From: Nitrospirota bacterium
GTDB lineage: Bacteria > Nitrospirota > UBA9217
Assembly (NCBI GenBank): GCA_963754875.1
Contig: CAVWHO010000016.1
Span: 224,001-288,000, forward strand
DNA length: 64,000 nt
Direction of reading: 5' to 3'
Positions within the stretch are counted from its first letter, which is position 1; every line of letters begins with the position of its first letter. Below are positions 32,154-43,074 of this stretch, piece by piece. The position numbers and the translations under genes were made by a program. The notes beneath the pieces were generated by a model. It was given only the letters and a program-made list of their open reading frames with translations. It ran no database searches and was not told where the DNA came from.

Positions 32154-33017
32154 ATGATCAATCTCCGCCTTCTGTTCGTAGCCCTTGTCTGGGGCATCAA
32201 CTTCTCCGTTATCAAGTTCGCCATCGCGGACTTCCATCCTCTTGGTTTCACCGTCGTCCGTTTCGCACTTGCGGCGCTGTTTCTGATCGCCGTTATGCTC
32301 GTAAACCATGAACCCTTTGCAATCGAGCGTCGGGACAGCTTTGCTATCATCCGGCTCGGGTTCCTCGGGATCACGCTGTACAGCATCCTGTTCATGTACG
32401 GCCTGAAGCTCACGACGGCGGCAAATTCAGCCCTTCTCATTTCGCTGTCGCCCTTGTTCGGTGCGCTTTTCAGCGCCGCTTCCGGCAAAGAACGCCTCAC
32501 CGTGCGCATCGTCGCCGGACTCGCGCTGGCAACAGCGGGCGTCGTGCTCATTATCAGGAGCCATCACGGCGAACTGAGTTTTTCTTCCTCGGAAGTTGCC
32601 GGGGACCTTCTGACGCTCTGTGCGACAATCACCTGGGCGCTCTACACGATCACCGCGAAGCCCCTGCTCGAAAAATACTCGGCCGTCAAAGTCACTGCTT
32701 ATAATATGGCAGCCGGCAGCTTTTTGCTTTTGCCCGTGAGCATGAACGGACTTATAAACCAGCCCTGGTCCTCGATATCCCTGTTGTCGTGGGCTGCCAT
32801 GGCCTTTGCATCGTTCATCGCGGCCGGTGTTGCCTACGTCTTTTGGTACCAGGGCGTGAAAGAGATCGGCGTCACCCGCACCATGGTCTATCATTATCTC
32901 ATGCCTTTCGCCGCGGTGCTCTTCGCCGCCTTCGCGCTGGGCGAGCGGATCACCCTCCTCCAGTGCATCGGAGGTGCGGGAATTCTTTCGGGTGTCTACC
33001 TGGTGCAGAACAAATAG
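32154..33017 (+). CDS. EamA/DMT family transporter
   Basis: VWGINF, two EamA repeats, LGERIT. Confidence 0.92.
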   Translation: MINLRLLFVALVWGINFSVIKFAIADFHPLGFTVVRFALAALFLIAVMLVNHEPFAIERRDSFAIIRLGFLGITLYSILFMYGLKLTTAANSALLISLSPLFGALFSAASGKERLTVRIVAGLALATAGVVLIIRSHHGELSFSSSEVAGDLLTLCATITWALYTITAKPLLEKYSAVKVTAYNMAAGSFLLLPVSMNGLINQPWSSISLLSWAAMAFASFIAAGVAYVFWYQGVKEIGVTRTMVYHYLMPFAAVLFAAFALGERITLLQCIGGAGILSGVYLVQNK

Positions 33018-33105
33018 CCGTAGTCCTGCAGGAGAAAAGCGAACCGGCGACGCCTGCATCCGATCCCCGATTCACCGTTTCCCTCAACGTTGCCTCTTTC
33101 CTGAA

Positions 33106-34456
33106 TTACAGCGAGTACCCCGCTTCACCATGCTGGCTGATATCGAGCCCTTCCGTCTCGTGTTCCCCATGGACCCGCAGGCCCGTCGAAAGATCGAGCG
33201 CTTTCAGCAGCACATAGCTTACGCCGAAGGAATAGACAGCTACGAGCCCTACGGCCCCTGCCTGCACGAAAAACTGTTTTATGTTGCCGAAAAATGCGCC
33301 ATTCGCTCCTGCTGCGTTTATCGCCACGGAAGCGAACAGACCCGCTGCAAGCGTTCCGAGCGTACCGCCGACGCCGTGAACACCGAAGGCATCGAGGGAA
33401 TCGTCATACCCGAACTTCGTCTTTGCGTTCAGCGCAGTGTAGCAGACGATACCTGCCGCTATGCCTATGAGCAGGGCCGGCACAGGACCGACGAACCCGG
33501 CTGCAGGGGTGATCGTCGCGAGTCCCGCAATGGAGCCTGTTGCCGCGCCGAACATCGTCGGTTTGCCGCGGTGGTACCATTCGACAATGACCCACGTGAT
33601 CGTGGCAGAACAAGCCGCAAGATGGGTCGTCAAAAACGCCATGGTGGCGAGCGTCCCTGATGAGAGGGCGCTCCCGGCGTTGAATCCGAACCAGCCGAAC
33701 CACAAAAGTCCGGCGCCGAGGACCGTCATCGGCAGGTTATGGGGCGGCATGTGTTCATGCAGGAAACCCTTGCGCTTTCCGATATAAAGCGCTGCCGCAA
33801 GTGCGGAAAAACCCGAGGTGGCATGTACGACGATGCCGCCTGCAAAATCGAGGACCCCGCGGTCTTTCAGCCATCCGCCGGTACCCCATACCCAGTGGGC
33901 CACCGGATCATAAACGATCGTGGTCCAGGCCAGGGTGAAAATAAGGAACGTCGAGAACTTCATTCGTTCAGCTACTGCACCGCTGATGAGCGCCGGAGTG
34001 ATGACCGCGAACATCATCTGGTATGTCATGAACAGCAGATGAGGAATGGTCGGCGCATAATCCGCGTTCGGCGTGAGCCCCACGCCATTCAACCCTGCCC
34101 AGCTCAGAGCTGCCGATCACGCCTTTCACATCAGGGCCGAACGACAACGAGTACCCGAACAGGACCCACTGAAGACTGACTAACGCAATGGCGATAAAGC
34201 TGTGCATAATCGTTCCGAGCACGTTTTTTTTACGCACCATGCCGCCATAGAACATGGCGAGTCCCGGCGTCATCAGCATGACAAGCGCCGTTGAAATCAA
34301 GATCCACGCTGTGTCGCCGGTGTCTATTCTTGCCGCCGGAACCGCAGCGGCAGGCGAAGCGGGGACCGCATCCTGGGCCATGACTGCAAGCGGTACGAAT
34401 ACCGCCAGTGAGAGCAGCATGACTAAAAAAATTTTGTACAAACGTCTTTCATCCAT
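33106..34456 (-). CDS. amtB: Ammonium transporter (frameshift near 34100)
   Basis: [43 protein letters not shown]. Confidence 0.93.
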
Positions 34457-34572
34457 TGAGCACTATCCTCCCTTTAGATTTACCAAACCATTTCAGTTTT
34501 CAAAGAACAGGTTCACAGCACATATTTTTAAAAAAATATGCAGATCTTCTGAATAAGGCTTTAAACATAAAT

Positions 34573-34588
34573 AGCAAGGCCTGTGCCA
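34573..34588 (-). promoter_or_regulatory. sigma54 promoter of amtB (copy 1)
   Basis: TGGCACAGGCCTTGCT. Confidence 0.85.
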
Positions 34589-34680
34589 TTGATCGTATTT
34601 TTTGCACGATAATAACTAGCTGATTTTGCAGGCTTATTGTTACTTGCAACGCAGTCCTGAAATTTTTACAGAAGCCTGTC

Positions 34681-34716
34681 AGCTGATATTTTAGGCATCT
34701 GATTAATAATTGTGCA
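34681..34716. promoter_or_regulatory. Tandem 17-bp upstream activator-like sites (amtB copy 1)
   Basis: AGCTGATATTTTAGGCA-tc-TGATTAATAATTGTGCA. Confidence 0.55.
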
Positions 34717-34831
34717 AACAAAAATTACCCTTCAGCGTATTTATAGTCTGATATTATGTCATAGAAATGCGCATACAATGTGGGTATATTTTCAAGAGTC
34801 AATAAAGGCATTCTTTTATCTGATAATTAAA

Positions 34832-34872
34832 TTATAATTATTATTGACAAACAATTAATATTATATTATAAT
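34832..34872 (+). promoter_or_regulatory. Consensus sigma70 promoter with an overlapping PerR-box-like site
   Basis: TTGACA (34844)-N17-TATAAT (34867); TTATAATTATTATTG at 34832-34846 resembles the TTATAATNATTATAA Per box. Confidence 0.8.
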
Positions 34873-34899
34873 CGTTACTATTGAAATCGTAAATCAAAC

Positions 34900-35316
34900 A
34901 TGGCCATTAAGAACAAATATCGAGACATCGGAATTAAGCTCACGCCCCAGCGGCTTGCCATACTTAACTATCTGGAAGGAAATACCCGGCACCCGTCTGC
35001 TGACGATATCTATAAAGCTGTGTCGAAAAAGTTCCCGACCATGTCTCTCTCTACGGTGTACACAACGCTGGGGGCACTCAAGGAAAAAAGAAGCGTGCTG
35101 GAATTGACGATAGATCCTGACAAGAAGCGGTATGACCCGGAAACAGCAATGCATAACCATTTGATCTGCACTTCCTGCAGGCGGATCATCGATATTCCCG
35201 CCGTAAATATCGTCGATCTTCCGGACACCATCAAGCAGGACTTTTCCGTCATCGGAAGTCATGTTGAGTTTTACGGGCTATGCCCTGAATGTAAAAAAAA
35301 TAACGCTAAAAACTAG
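34900..35316 (+). CDS. perR: Fur family repressor, PerR-like
   Basis: KLTPQRLAIL, HPSADDIY, HNHLICTSC, CPEC; upstream of SOD and rubrerythrin. Confidence 0.85.
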   Translation: MAIKNKYRDIGIKLTPQRLAILNYLEGNTRHPSADDIYKAVSKKFPTMSLSTVYTTLGALKEKRSVLELTIDPDKKRYDPETAMHNHLICTSCRRIIDIPAVNIVDLPDTIKQDFSVIGSHVEFYGLCPECKKNNAKN

Positions 35317-35328
35317 AGGAGGCTGTCA

Positions 35329-35782
35329 ATGTGCGTAGATCATAGTTTGAATTGTTCCTGCGGAAAAACTCATGCAAGCTTTCATTTTCGTGATGAAGTG
35401 CTGCCTTTCAAAGTCGTAACCAAGCTATACTGTCCTGACTGTTCCGGCGAAGTGATCCATAATCCCGAGACCATGGTAGCCGACAATGGATGGCTGATCG
35501 AGTACGATATGGACGTCGCCCGCTTTATGATGCAACAAAAAAGCCCCTGCTTCTTCCGTTACCCCCGAGTATCTTTTCGATGAAGGCTTTTGTACGTGGC
35601 GCGGAATGACCCCGACGGACCATATCGACTCCGTCAAAGAACGCGAAGCGATTGTGCAGATTGCCAAAACCGATCGGAAGCGATATTTCGAGGCAATCAA
35701 GTCCTGGGGAAACAGTCGGATGGAACGCCTTGCGCGGGAAGGATGGAGGAAAGCCAATGAGAGAGAACCTGCACAAACATAA
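35329..35782 (+). CDS. Cys-rich hypothetical protein (frameshift in A-run near 35540)
   Basis: GAGGAGG RBS; CSCG...CPDC; frame resumes as KAPASSVTPEYLFDEGFCTWRG...GWRKANEREPAQT*. Confidence 0.7.
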
Positions 35783-35942
35783 TGGAAAGAGGTCTTCCGC
35801 ATACCCGGCTGCCGTCGAAAGCGATATAATTACCTCCTGTCCCAAGTGCGGTGGAGAGGTGAGCGTCTGGTCGGAAGAGCCGGAGACCCTTTGTATTTTT
35901 TGTCAATATCGTCTATTCGAAAAAGAGAAGACGGTGCATTAA
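35757..35942 (+). CDS. Small zinc-ribbon protein (start uncertain)
   Basis: CPKCGGEV...CIFC. Confidence 0.5.
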   Translation: MRENLHKHNGKRSSAYPAAVESDIITSCPKCGGEVSVWSEEPETLCIFCQYRLFEKEKTVH

Positions 35943-36198
35943 CCATTCACGTAATCGCCTTCAAGCATCAACGTTGCGATTAAAAAACGGCATGCGGCTG
36001 CATCAGGCATTCGCAATGTAGGGATAAGTACTGAGTAGCGCCATCGCGCGGCTGCGTGATGAACGTTTATTCGGGAAGGAATACTGTGCCTGGACTGATC
36101 ATGCAAGATAGTGCGCTTGAAGAAAGGGCTGCTCTCTTTTTTCTGGTATACTAATACTATTGTGAAAATTTAATCCTACACCAATGGAGGAAATCAAC

Positions 36199-36777
36199 AT
36201 GCCGTACGCCGCAAAGGATTACGCAAAACTTGTCGGGATGGAAGGATTCAGCGAAACGCTCTTGAAGAATCATTTTACGCTATACCAGGGATATGTGACA
36301 AACACGAACAAGGTGCTCGACAACCTCGACCAGATGTCCAAAGACGGTAAGACCGCAACGCCCGAATTTGCAGAACTCAAACGCAGGCTCGGGTGGGAGT
36401 TCAACGGGATGCGGCTGCACGAATACTATTTTGAAAACCTCGGCAGCAAGGGCGGCATCGACAAGAACGGCAAACTCGCCAAAAAGCTGGCCGAGACCTT
36501 CGGCAGCTACGAGGCCTGGGAAAAGGACTTCAGGGCCACCGGTTCGATGCGCGGCATCGGCTGGGTCGTCCTGTACCAGGACGCCGTCTCGGGAAGGTTC
36601 ATTAATTTCTGGGTCAACGAACACGATGTTTCCCATCCTGCAGGATGCAATCCCCTGCTCATCATGGACGTCTTCGAGCACGCGTTCATGTTGGATTACG
36701 GTTTAAAGCGGGCCGATTACATCGAGGCCTTTTTCAAGAACATTAATTGGTCCACGGTCGAATCGCGGCTGAAGTGA
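36199..36777 (+). CDS. Fe/Mn superoxide dismutase family protein
   Basis: NHFTLYQGYV, NGMRLHEYYFENL, RGIGWVVL, MDVFEHAFMLDYG. Confidence 0.92.
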   Translation: MPYAAKDYAKLVGMEGFSETLLKNHFTLYQGYVTNTNKVLDNLDQMSKDGKTATPEFAELKRRLGWEFNGMRLHEYYFENLGSKGGIDKNGKLAKKLAETFGSYEAWEKDFRATGSMRGIGWVVLYQDAVSGRFINFWVNEHDVSHPAGCNPLLIMDVFEHAFMLDYGLKRADYIEAFFKNINWSTVESRLK

Positions 36778-37329
36778 ATTACCCCGCAGCAGAGCTGCGG
36801 GGCATCCTAAATGCGCTAGAACCTAAAGCCAACTTGCTCATCATGCTGATACCGAATATACTTTCTTATAACTTCTGCCGTTACTTTGTCGCCAACCGAA
36901 CGGACAAAGTAGCCGTCATTCCAGAGTTCTCCTCCCCAAAGTTTTTTCTTTATCTCGGGGAATTCTCGAAACATCATCTTTGCCGATATGCTTTTGATTA
37001 TCTGTACTACCCTCGCTGGAGCATACTTCGGTGGCACAACCAAAAACAAATGCACATGATCATCCATTGCTTCCATCGTATCTATTTCAAATTCATATCG
37101 CTCTGCGATCTCACGAAATATCTCTTTCAGTCTCGTCGTCATTCGATCGCTGAACAGCTTCCTTCGATATTTTGGTATCCATACAAAATGGTACTTCAGA
37201 TCATAGACGCTATGTTTGCTTCTTCTCAATGGGCTCATGGCCCGTATTGTAACAGATTCTCATCCTGACTTCGTCAGGATATCCTTTTCATCCCAGCAGC
37301 AGAGCTGCTGGGTATTTCAGGATGTTTTT
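36774..37329 (-). mobile_element. IS200-type insertion sequence (556 bp, tnpA only)
   Basis: Subterminal hairpins CCCCGCAGC-AGA-GCTGCGGGG (36782-36802) and CCCAGCAGC-AGA-GCTGCTGGG (37292-37312); TTAT target and TCAC right end; removal restores the SOD AAA-TAA end. Confidence 0.88.
36816..37238 (-). CDS. tnpA: IS200/IS605 family Y1 (HUH) transposase
   Basis: YHFVWIPKYRR, DHVHLF (HUH), LWNDGYF, KYIRYQ. Confidence 0.95.
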   Translation of the reverse strand: MSPLRRSKHSVYDLKYHFVWIPKYRRKLFSDRMTTRLKEIFREIAERYEFEIDTMEAMDDHVHLFLVVPPKYAPARVVQIIKSISAKMMFREFPEIKKKLWGGELWNDGYFVRSVGDKVTAEVIRKYIRYQHDEQVGFRF

Positions 37330-37472
37330 ATAAACCATTTTTTATTCCCCCAATGGTGGGGGTGAACGACCAATATTCATTTCCACAATTCCTTCTCTAT
37401 CGAAGGAGAGACAAGAAGCTGTTCTACAGACCTTCAGTAATCAACTATTTCAGAGAAAAGGAGAAGAGACTT

Positions 37473-37967
37473 ATGTCAAAGACTGAGCAAAATCTGATGA
37501 ACGCTTTTGCCGGAGAATCGCAGGCAAACAGAAAATACCTGGCCTTTGCCAAAAAGGCGGAGGAGGAAGGCTACGCACAGGTGGCAAGACTTTTCCGCGC
37601 TGCGGCAGCAGCCGAAACGATTCATGCCCATAACCACCTTAGAGCGCTCGGCGCTGTTAAATCTACGAAGGACAATCTGCTGGCCGCCATCGGTGGTGAA
37701 ACCTATGAGTTCCAGAAAATGTATCCCCCCATGATCGCCGACGCAAAAGAAGACGGCAACGACAAGGCCTTCATGAGCTTCCTCGGCGCAAATGAGGTGG
37801 AAAAAGTCCACGCCGCTCTTTACCAAAAAGCGCTCGATAGTCTCGGCACAAACGTTGTCGCAGATTATTATGTATGCTCGGTTTGCGGTTACACCGCGGA
37901 AGGTGATGCCCCGGATGAATGTCCGGTCTGTAAAGCAAGGAAGAAGGCGTTTCACAAGGCAGAATAA
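37473..37967 (+). CDS. rbr: Rubrerythrin
   Basis: AFAGESQANRKY, ETIHA, GETYE, EKVHA, CSVCGY...CPVC. Confidence 0.95.
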   Translation: MSKTEQNLMNAFAGESQANRKYLAFAKKAEEEGYAQVARLFRAAAAAETIHAHNHLRALGAVKSTKDNLLAAIGGETYEFQKMYPPMIADAKEDGNDKAFMSFLGANEVEKVHAALYQKALDSLGTNVVADYYVCSVCGYTAEGDAPDECPVCKARKKAFHKAE

Positions 37968-37970
37968 AGT

Positions 37971-38540
37971 GTGAAGGTTATCGCATTGAACGGCAGCCCG
38001 CGACGCGGCGGGAACATCGAGGTCCTGCTGAATGAGGTCCTTAAGCCGCTCCGCGAAACAGGGCATGATATCGAAGTATATCCCCTGAATCTTCTGAGCA
38101 TCAAGCCCTGCCAGGACTGCGGCGGTTGTACGGGAAGCGGTCTTTGTATACATTCCGACGACATGAGCAAAATCTATGATGCTATCCGGGAGGCCGAGAG
38201 GATAATTCTCGCCTCCCCGATTTTTTTCTACAGCTTGAGCGCGCAAACTAAAGCGATGGTCGACCGCTGCCAGTCCTTCTGGAGTGAAAAATACCTCTTG
38301 AAAAAAAGCATCCCCGCCGGTCCCCGGGGAAGAAAAGGGCTCCTTCTTCTCGTTGGCGGTATGAAAAAAGATGACGGCAGGCAGAGTGCGGAGGTTGTGG
38401 CAAAAGTTTTTCTCAGGACCGTGAGCGTACCTGAACACGAAACATTGTTCTTTGGCGGTGTAGACGCCAAAGGAGATGTCAGTAAACATCCCACGGCGTT
38501 GCAAGAAGCCTATGAGGCCGGGAAGAGGCTTAGGAAGTAA
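37971..38540 (+). CDS. Flavodoxin-like iron-sulfur flavoprotein
   Basis: NGSPRRGGN, CQDCGGC...C, ASPIFF. Confidence 0.88.
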   Translation: MKVIALNGSPRRGGNIEVLLNEVLKPLRETGHDIEVYPLNLLSIKPCQDCGGCTGSGLCIHSDDMSKIYDAIREAERIILASPIFFYSLSAQTKAMVDRCQSFWSEKYLLKKSIPAGPRGRKGLLLLVGGMKKDDGRQSAEVVAKVFLRTVSVPEHETLFFGGVDAKGDVSKHPTALQEAYEAGKRLRK

Positions 38541-38684
38541 TTTCAGGCGATATCAGTCCGATGTGTCCCCGAGGAGATCATTAAGAGAAAGCAACCTTGC
38601 TGTCGCCTGCACAAATACACGAGTCAATTTCGTCCTGCGATAAAACTCTCTCAATTCTTGCTCGACCCTTCCACCTATGTTAAT

Positions 38685-38718
38685 AAAAAAGGCCGGCACG
38701 CAATGGAACGTACCGGCC
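38685..38718 (-). terminator. Probable intrinsic terminator after the PII gene
   Basis: GGCCGG...CCGGCC stem followed by a U-tract on the minus strand. Confidence 0.55.
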
Positions 38719-38742
38719 TAAGGGAGGATAAACAGCGATCTC

Positions 38743-39120
<378 letters not shown>

Positions 39121-39192
39121 TCAAGTGCAGATTTACAAGTCAGCTGTAAAGTCCCCTGCTTCTTCTGCGTCCTCTGCGATGAAATGGGCCAG

Positions 39193-40551
39193 TTAATTGT
39201 AGGCTCGCTCGCCGTGTTCGCTCTCGTCGAGTCCGATGGTTTCCTCTTCAGTACCGACCCTGAGTCCGACAGTCGCCTTGATGATCATGAAGATCACGAA
39301 GGTCATGACGCCGCTGTAGACGAGCGTTACGAGTATGGCAACGATCTGCGTCCAGAGTTGTCCGGGATTGCCGTACAGGAGGCCCTTGCCTGCCCCGTTG
39401 ATGGCCGGATCGGCGAGCACGCCGGTCAAGAGAGCTCCCACGGTCCCGCCGACGCCGTGAATGCCGAAGGCGTCGAGCGTATCATCGTATCCGAACCTGG
39501 GTTTCATCATTGCGACGGTGAAGAAGGGGATAACGCCGGCCGCGATGCCGATTATGAGGGCGCCGCCGATATTTACGTACCCAGCTGCCGGCGTAATCGC
39601 GACCAGCCCGCCGACCGCGCCAGAGGCAAGGCCCAGGACAGTGGGTTTGCCGGAATGCATCCACTCAACCGCCATCCACGAGATCGCCGCCATTGCCGTT
39701 GCCGTGTTGGTATTGATGAAGGCCGCACCTGCAAGGCCGTTTGCGGCAAGCGCAGAGCCGGCGTTAAACCCGAACCACCCGAACCAGAGGAGGCCGGCAC
39801 CTGTCACGACCAGAGTCAGGTTGTGAGGGATGGTTGCCTTGTCTTTTCGTCTGCCTAAAACGAGGGCACCCACGAGTGCAGCAATACCTGCGTTAATATG
39901 AACGACCGTGCCCCCTGCAAAATCGAGCGCGACCCTTGACTGAAGGAATCCGCCGCCCCACACCCAGTGCGCAACAGGAAGGTACACAACGGTGAACCAC
40001 AGCACCGTGAAGATGATCCAGGACGAGAACTTCATGCGCTCGATGTAGGCGCCGCTCGCCAATGCCACGGTAATCGCGGCAAATGTGAGCTGGTAGGCGA
40101 TGAAAATGTACTCGGGGATCGTTTTTGCCGAATCAGCAATACTGTTCGGCCCGATACCTTTCAAGAACAGCCGCGATGCGTTGCCGATGAGCCCTCGGAT
40201 ATCTCCGACAAAAGAAAAGGAATAACCGTAGATGATCCAGAGCACGCTAACGATACAAAACGTCACGAACGTCATTGCCATCGTGTTCAACGAATCCTTG
40301 CGCTTTGCAAGACCGCCGTAGAACAGTGCCAGCCCCGGGATGGACATGAGCATGACGAGGGCGGTAGCCACGGTCATCCACGCCGTGTCGCCGGTATCGA
40401 TCTTCGGCGCAGGAGCTGGTGCCGGGGCCGCTGCTGCTGCCGGAGCAGGCGCTGCTGCTTCTTGCGCCATTACCAGTGCCGGCGCGTATATTGCTGCAAG
40501 CACCAGGAATACTGCTACAAGCACAAACGATTTCATCACTACTGCCTTCAT
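39193..40551 (-). CDS. amtB: Ammonium transporter (copy 2)
   Basis: [42 protein letters not shown]. Confidence 0.96.
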   Translation of the reverse strand: MKAVVMKSFVLVAVFLVLAAIYAPALVMAQEAAAPAPAAAAAPAPAPAPKIDTGDTAWMTVATALVMLMSIPGLALFYGGLAKRKDSLNTMAMTFVTFCIVSVLWIIYGYSFSFVGDIRGLIGNASRLFLKGIGPNSIADSAKTIPEYIFIAYQLTFAAITVALASGAYIERMKFSSWIIFTVLWFTVVYLPVAHWVWGGGFLQSRVALDFAGGTVVHINAGIAALVGALVLGRRKDKATIPHNLTLVVTGAGLLWFGWFGFNAGSALAANGLAGAAFINTNTATAMAAISWMAVEWMHSGKPTVLGLASGAVGGLVAITPAAGYVNIGGALIIGIAAGVIPFFTVAMMKPRFGYDDTLDAFGIHGVGGTVGALLTGVLADPAINGAGKGLLYGNPGQLWTQIVAILVTLVYSGVMTFVIFMIIKATVGLRVGTEEETIGLDESEHGERAYN

Positions 40552-40608
40552 GGTAGACTTCCTCCTTGTTTGATGATGCCATGATCAATTATTCTGCAAA
40601 TGGTATAA

Positions 40609-40624
40609 AGCAAGGCACATGCCA
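40609..40624 (-). promoter_or_regulatory. sigma54 promoter of amtB-glnK
   Basis: TGGCATGTGCCTTGCT. Confidence 0.82.
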
Positions 40625-40682
40625 AAAAATGAGTCTGCCTTCATGGAGAAAACAGCTTTGATTTTACGTGATAATTTTATCA

Positions 40683-40755
40683 TGACTATTCACCGTGCAT
40701 TTGCTGATACGTTAAGCAGAGATGCTATTTTAGGCAGATGACCAAATGGTGAGCA
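40683..40755. promoter_or_regulatory. Array of four 17-bp upstream activator-like sites (amtB copy 2)
   Basis: TGACTATTCACCGTGCA, TGCTGATACGTTAAGCA, AGATGCTATTTTAGGCA, TGACCAAATGGTGAGCA at 18-19 bp period. Confidence 0.6.
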
Positions 40756-40934
40756 TCAAATACTGATGAGCTTCACCGGGATACCCTAGCTCACAAGACT
40801 TCTGCGAGCATGTGCCAAACAATACTAGTATCCCTCCCTGCGCTGTTGCTCCTGCTATACTTATAAAATACTCGTTAAAACAAAATGCTTGAACCACATG
40901 CCCTAATAGAAGAATTCCATGACGGAGGTTACCA

Positions 40935-41849
40935 ATGGCGAAGACAAGGAAAATAAAAAAAGTCATCAAAAGCAAACCCACTCTCGAAGGCGCCGGAGTG
41001 CACCTCAAACGGGTTTTCGGCAATAGCGAAGTGCCGCTGTTCGATCCCTTCCTCCTTCTCGATGATTTTCGAAATACCGATCCCTATCTTTATATCAAGG
41101 GATTTCCCTGGCACCCCCATCGGGGGATCGAAACGATCACCTACGTTTTAAAGGGCGATGTGGAGCACGGTGACAGTATGGGGAACAAAGGCGTCATCTC
41201 TTCCGGCGACACGCAGTGGATGACTGCCGGCAGCGGCATCATCCACCAGGAAATGCCCAAGGGGATGATGACGGGGTCATGGAAGGGTTTCAGCTCTGGG
41301 CCAATTTGCCGAAGTCGCACAAGATGATGGACCCGCGGTACCGCGACATAAAAAGTTCGCAGGTCCCGGAAGTCACGTTAAAGAACGGCGCGAAGGTAAA
41401 AGTCATTTGCGGGACGTGGAGGGAAAGCGGGGCCGGTCAAGGACGTTGTTATCGATCCGGAGTATCTCGACATAACGCTCCCCGCGCTGACGGAGTTCGT
41501 CCATCAGACAAACACGCGGCCATACGATCTTCGCCTACGTCATCGGGGCAAAGGCCTCTTCTGCAACGAACGAATCCCGTTTGCTTACGATGTCGAAGGA
41601 GTCAATTATTTCGACATGGAACGAGATACCTATGTACGGAATGGGATGCTCGTGCTTTTTACGACGGCGACCAGGTATCGGTCTCGACGCAGGGCGAGGC
41701 CGTTCGCTTCCTGCTTGATCTCCGGAAAGCCCATCAAAGAACCTGTGGCCTGGTACGGCCCGATCGTGATGAATACGGAAGAAGAACTGCGGGACGCTTT
41801 TGAAGAGTACCGGGACGGAACGTTTATCAAGGATAGAGGCAAAACATGA
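40935..41849 (+). CDS. Pirin family protein (multiple frameshifts)
   Basis: DPFLLLDDF, GFPWHPHRGIETITY, QWMTAGSGIIHQEMP, GKPIKEPVAWYGPIVMNT. Confidence 0.9.
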
Positions 41850-41893
41850 TTTAAACGCCTGCTTCTCAGGCGATCGCTCTCGGGTAGCTCGGT

Positions 41894-41965
41894 CGTCATC
41901 CCCGTGAAAACGGGGATCCAGTAACAAAGTGAAAAGACTGGCTTCCCGCCTGTGCGGGAATGACG
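41894..41965. repeat. Extragenic palindromic element of GTCATCCCCG...CGGGAATGAC type
   Basis: CGTCATCCCCGTGAAAACGGGGATCCAGT ... ACTGGCTTCCCGCCTGTGCGGGAATGACG inverted arms with internal hairpins. Confidence 0.75.
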
Positions 41966-42012
41966 GAAAAGGAGCGAAGATCTTTTTAATCAGTTCAAGG
42001 AGGGGAACTTTC

Positions 42013-42519
42013 ATGACATTCATTGGAAACAAAACCGGAGCTGCTCACGGACAACCCGTTCAAGCTCATCGGGACGGACTGGATGCTCGTCACGTCGGGC
42101 ATGCCGGAGAAGTTCAACACCATGACCGCAAGCTGGGGCGGGCTGGGAATCCTGTGGGAGCGAAAGGTCGCTTTCTGCTTTATTCGTCCCACACGCTACA
42201 CGTACGAGTTCATCGAACACTCGCCAGGTCTTCACGCTTTCCTTTTTCGAGGAGCGCTATCGCAAAGCCCTCAGTTACTGCGGCTCCCACTCCGGCAGGG
42301 ACACGGACAAGATGAAGGGAGCGGGACTCTCTCCGGTAGCGGATGACGGCTTTCGTGTATTTTGACCAGGCGAGGCTCGTTCTGGCCTGCAAAAAACTCT
42401 ACTACCAGGACATCGGGCCGGAGCGTTTTTTGGACCAAAAGATTGAGACCATGTACCCGCTGAAGGATTACCATAGAATGTACGTCGGTGAGATCGTGAA
42501 GTGCTGGCTGAAAAGCTGA
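42013..42519 (+). CDS. Flavin reductase family protein (frameshifts)
   Basis: NPFKLIGTDWMLVT, FNTMTASWGGLG, IRPTRYT, CGSHSGRD, DYHRMYVGEIV. Confidence 0.85.
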
Positions 42520-42666
42520 TACTTTTCAAGACCAATTGTTGTAAAGATTTGAGTATTACACGAGGCTGGCCTACAGGAAAGCTGTTGATAGGGCACCGCA
42601 CAAGGCAACCTGTCAAGGCTTTGGGGCCACGACAGGACGCCGTCTGACAGTCATGAAAATCCGGGT

Positions 42667-43074
42667 TTACTTTTTCTGTTTGTGGTACTCGATGCTTACT
42701 TCGTAAGCAATACTGGCATGACCAAGCCGGAGGCTGTCGCTTTTACCGTTGCACACGATCTTACCGGCAACCGATTTTTTACGGCTTTTCACCAGCCCGG
42801 TGACGACCGGCGTCAGGTCGAAACCGCCGTTGGTGCATTCATCGCGCATGCAGTCCATGCGAAAACAGGCATAATCAGTGGGAAGGAAGTGGACCGTGCG
42901 CTTCATAAGAACGGGGTCGGACGTTCTCTGCAGATAGGTCATGCGAAGTACGATACTCGAAACAGCGGGCATGCGATCAGATACCAAGCCGGCAGCCAGC
43001 ATGGCGCTCTTCTTCAGCTCCTGCTTTTCAATGTAATTTTGCTTATTCGTCACGATTCCTTTTTTTAAAGCCAT
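42667..43074 (-). CDS. Hypothetical protein
   Basis: Coherent ORF with CMRDECTNGGFDL motif. Confidence 0.6.
   Translation of the reverse strand: MALKKGIVTNKQNYIEKQELKKSAMLAAGLVSDRMPAVSSIVLRMTYLQRTSDPVLMKRTVHFLPTDYACFRMDCMRDECTNGGFDLTPVVTGLVKSRKKSVAGKIVCNGKSDSLRLGHASIAYEVSIEYHKQKK

Noticed and set aside
42590..42660. c-di-GMP-I riboswitch
   Set aside because: Only loose similarity (GGCAACC...GGACGC); lacks the GNRA loop and second stem, and is not upstream of a gene.
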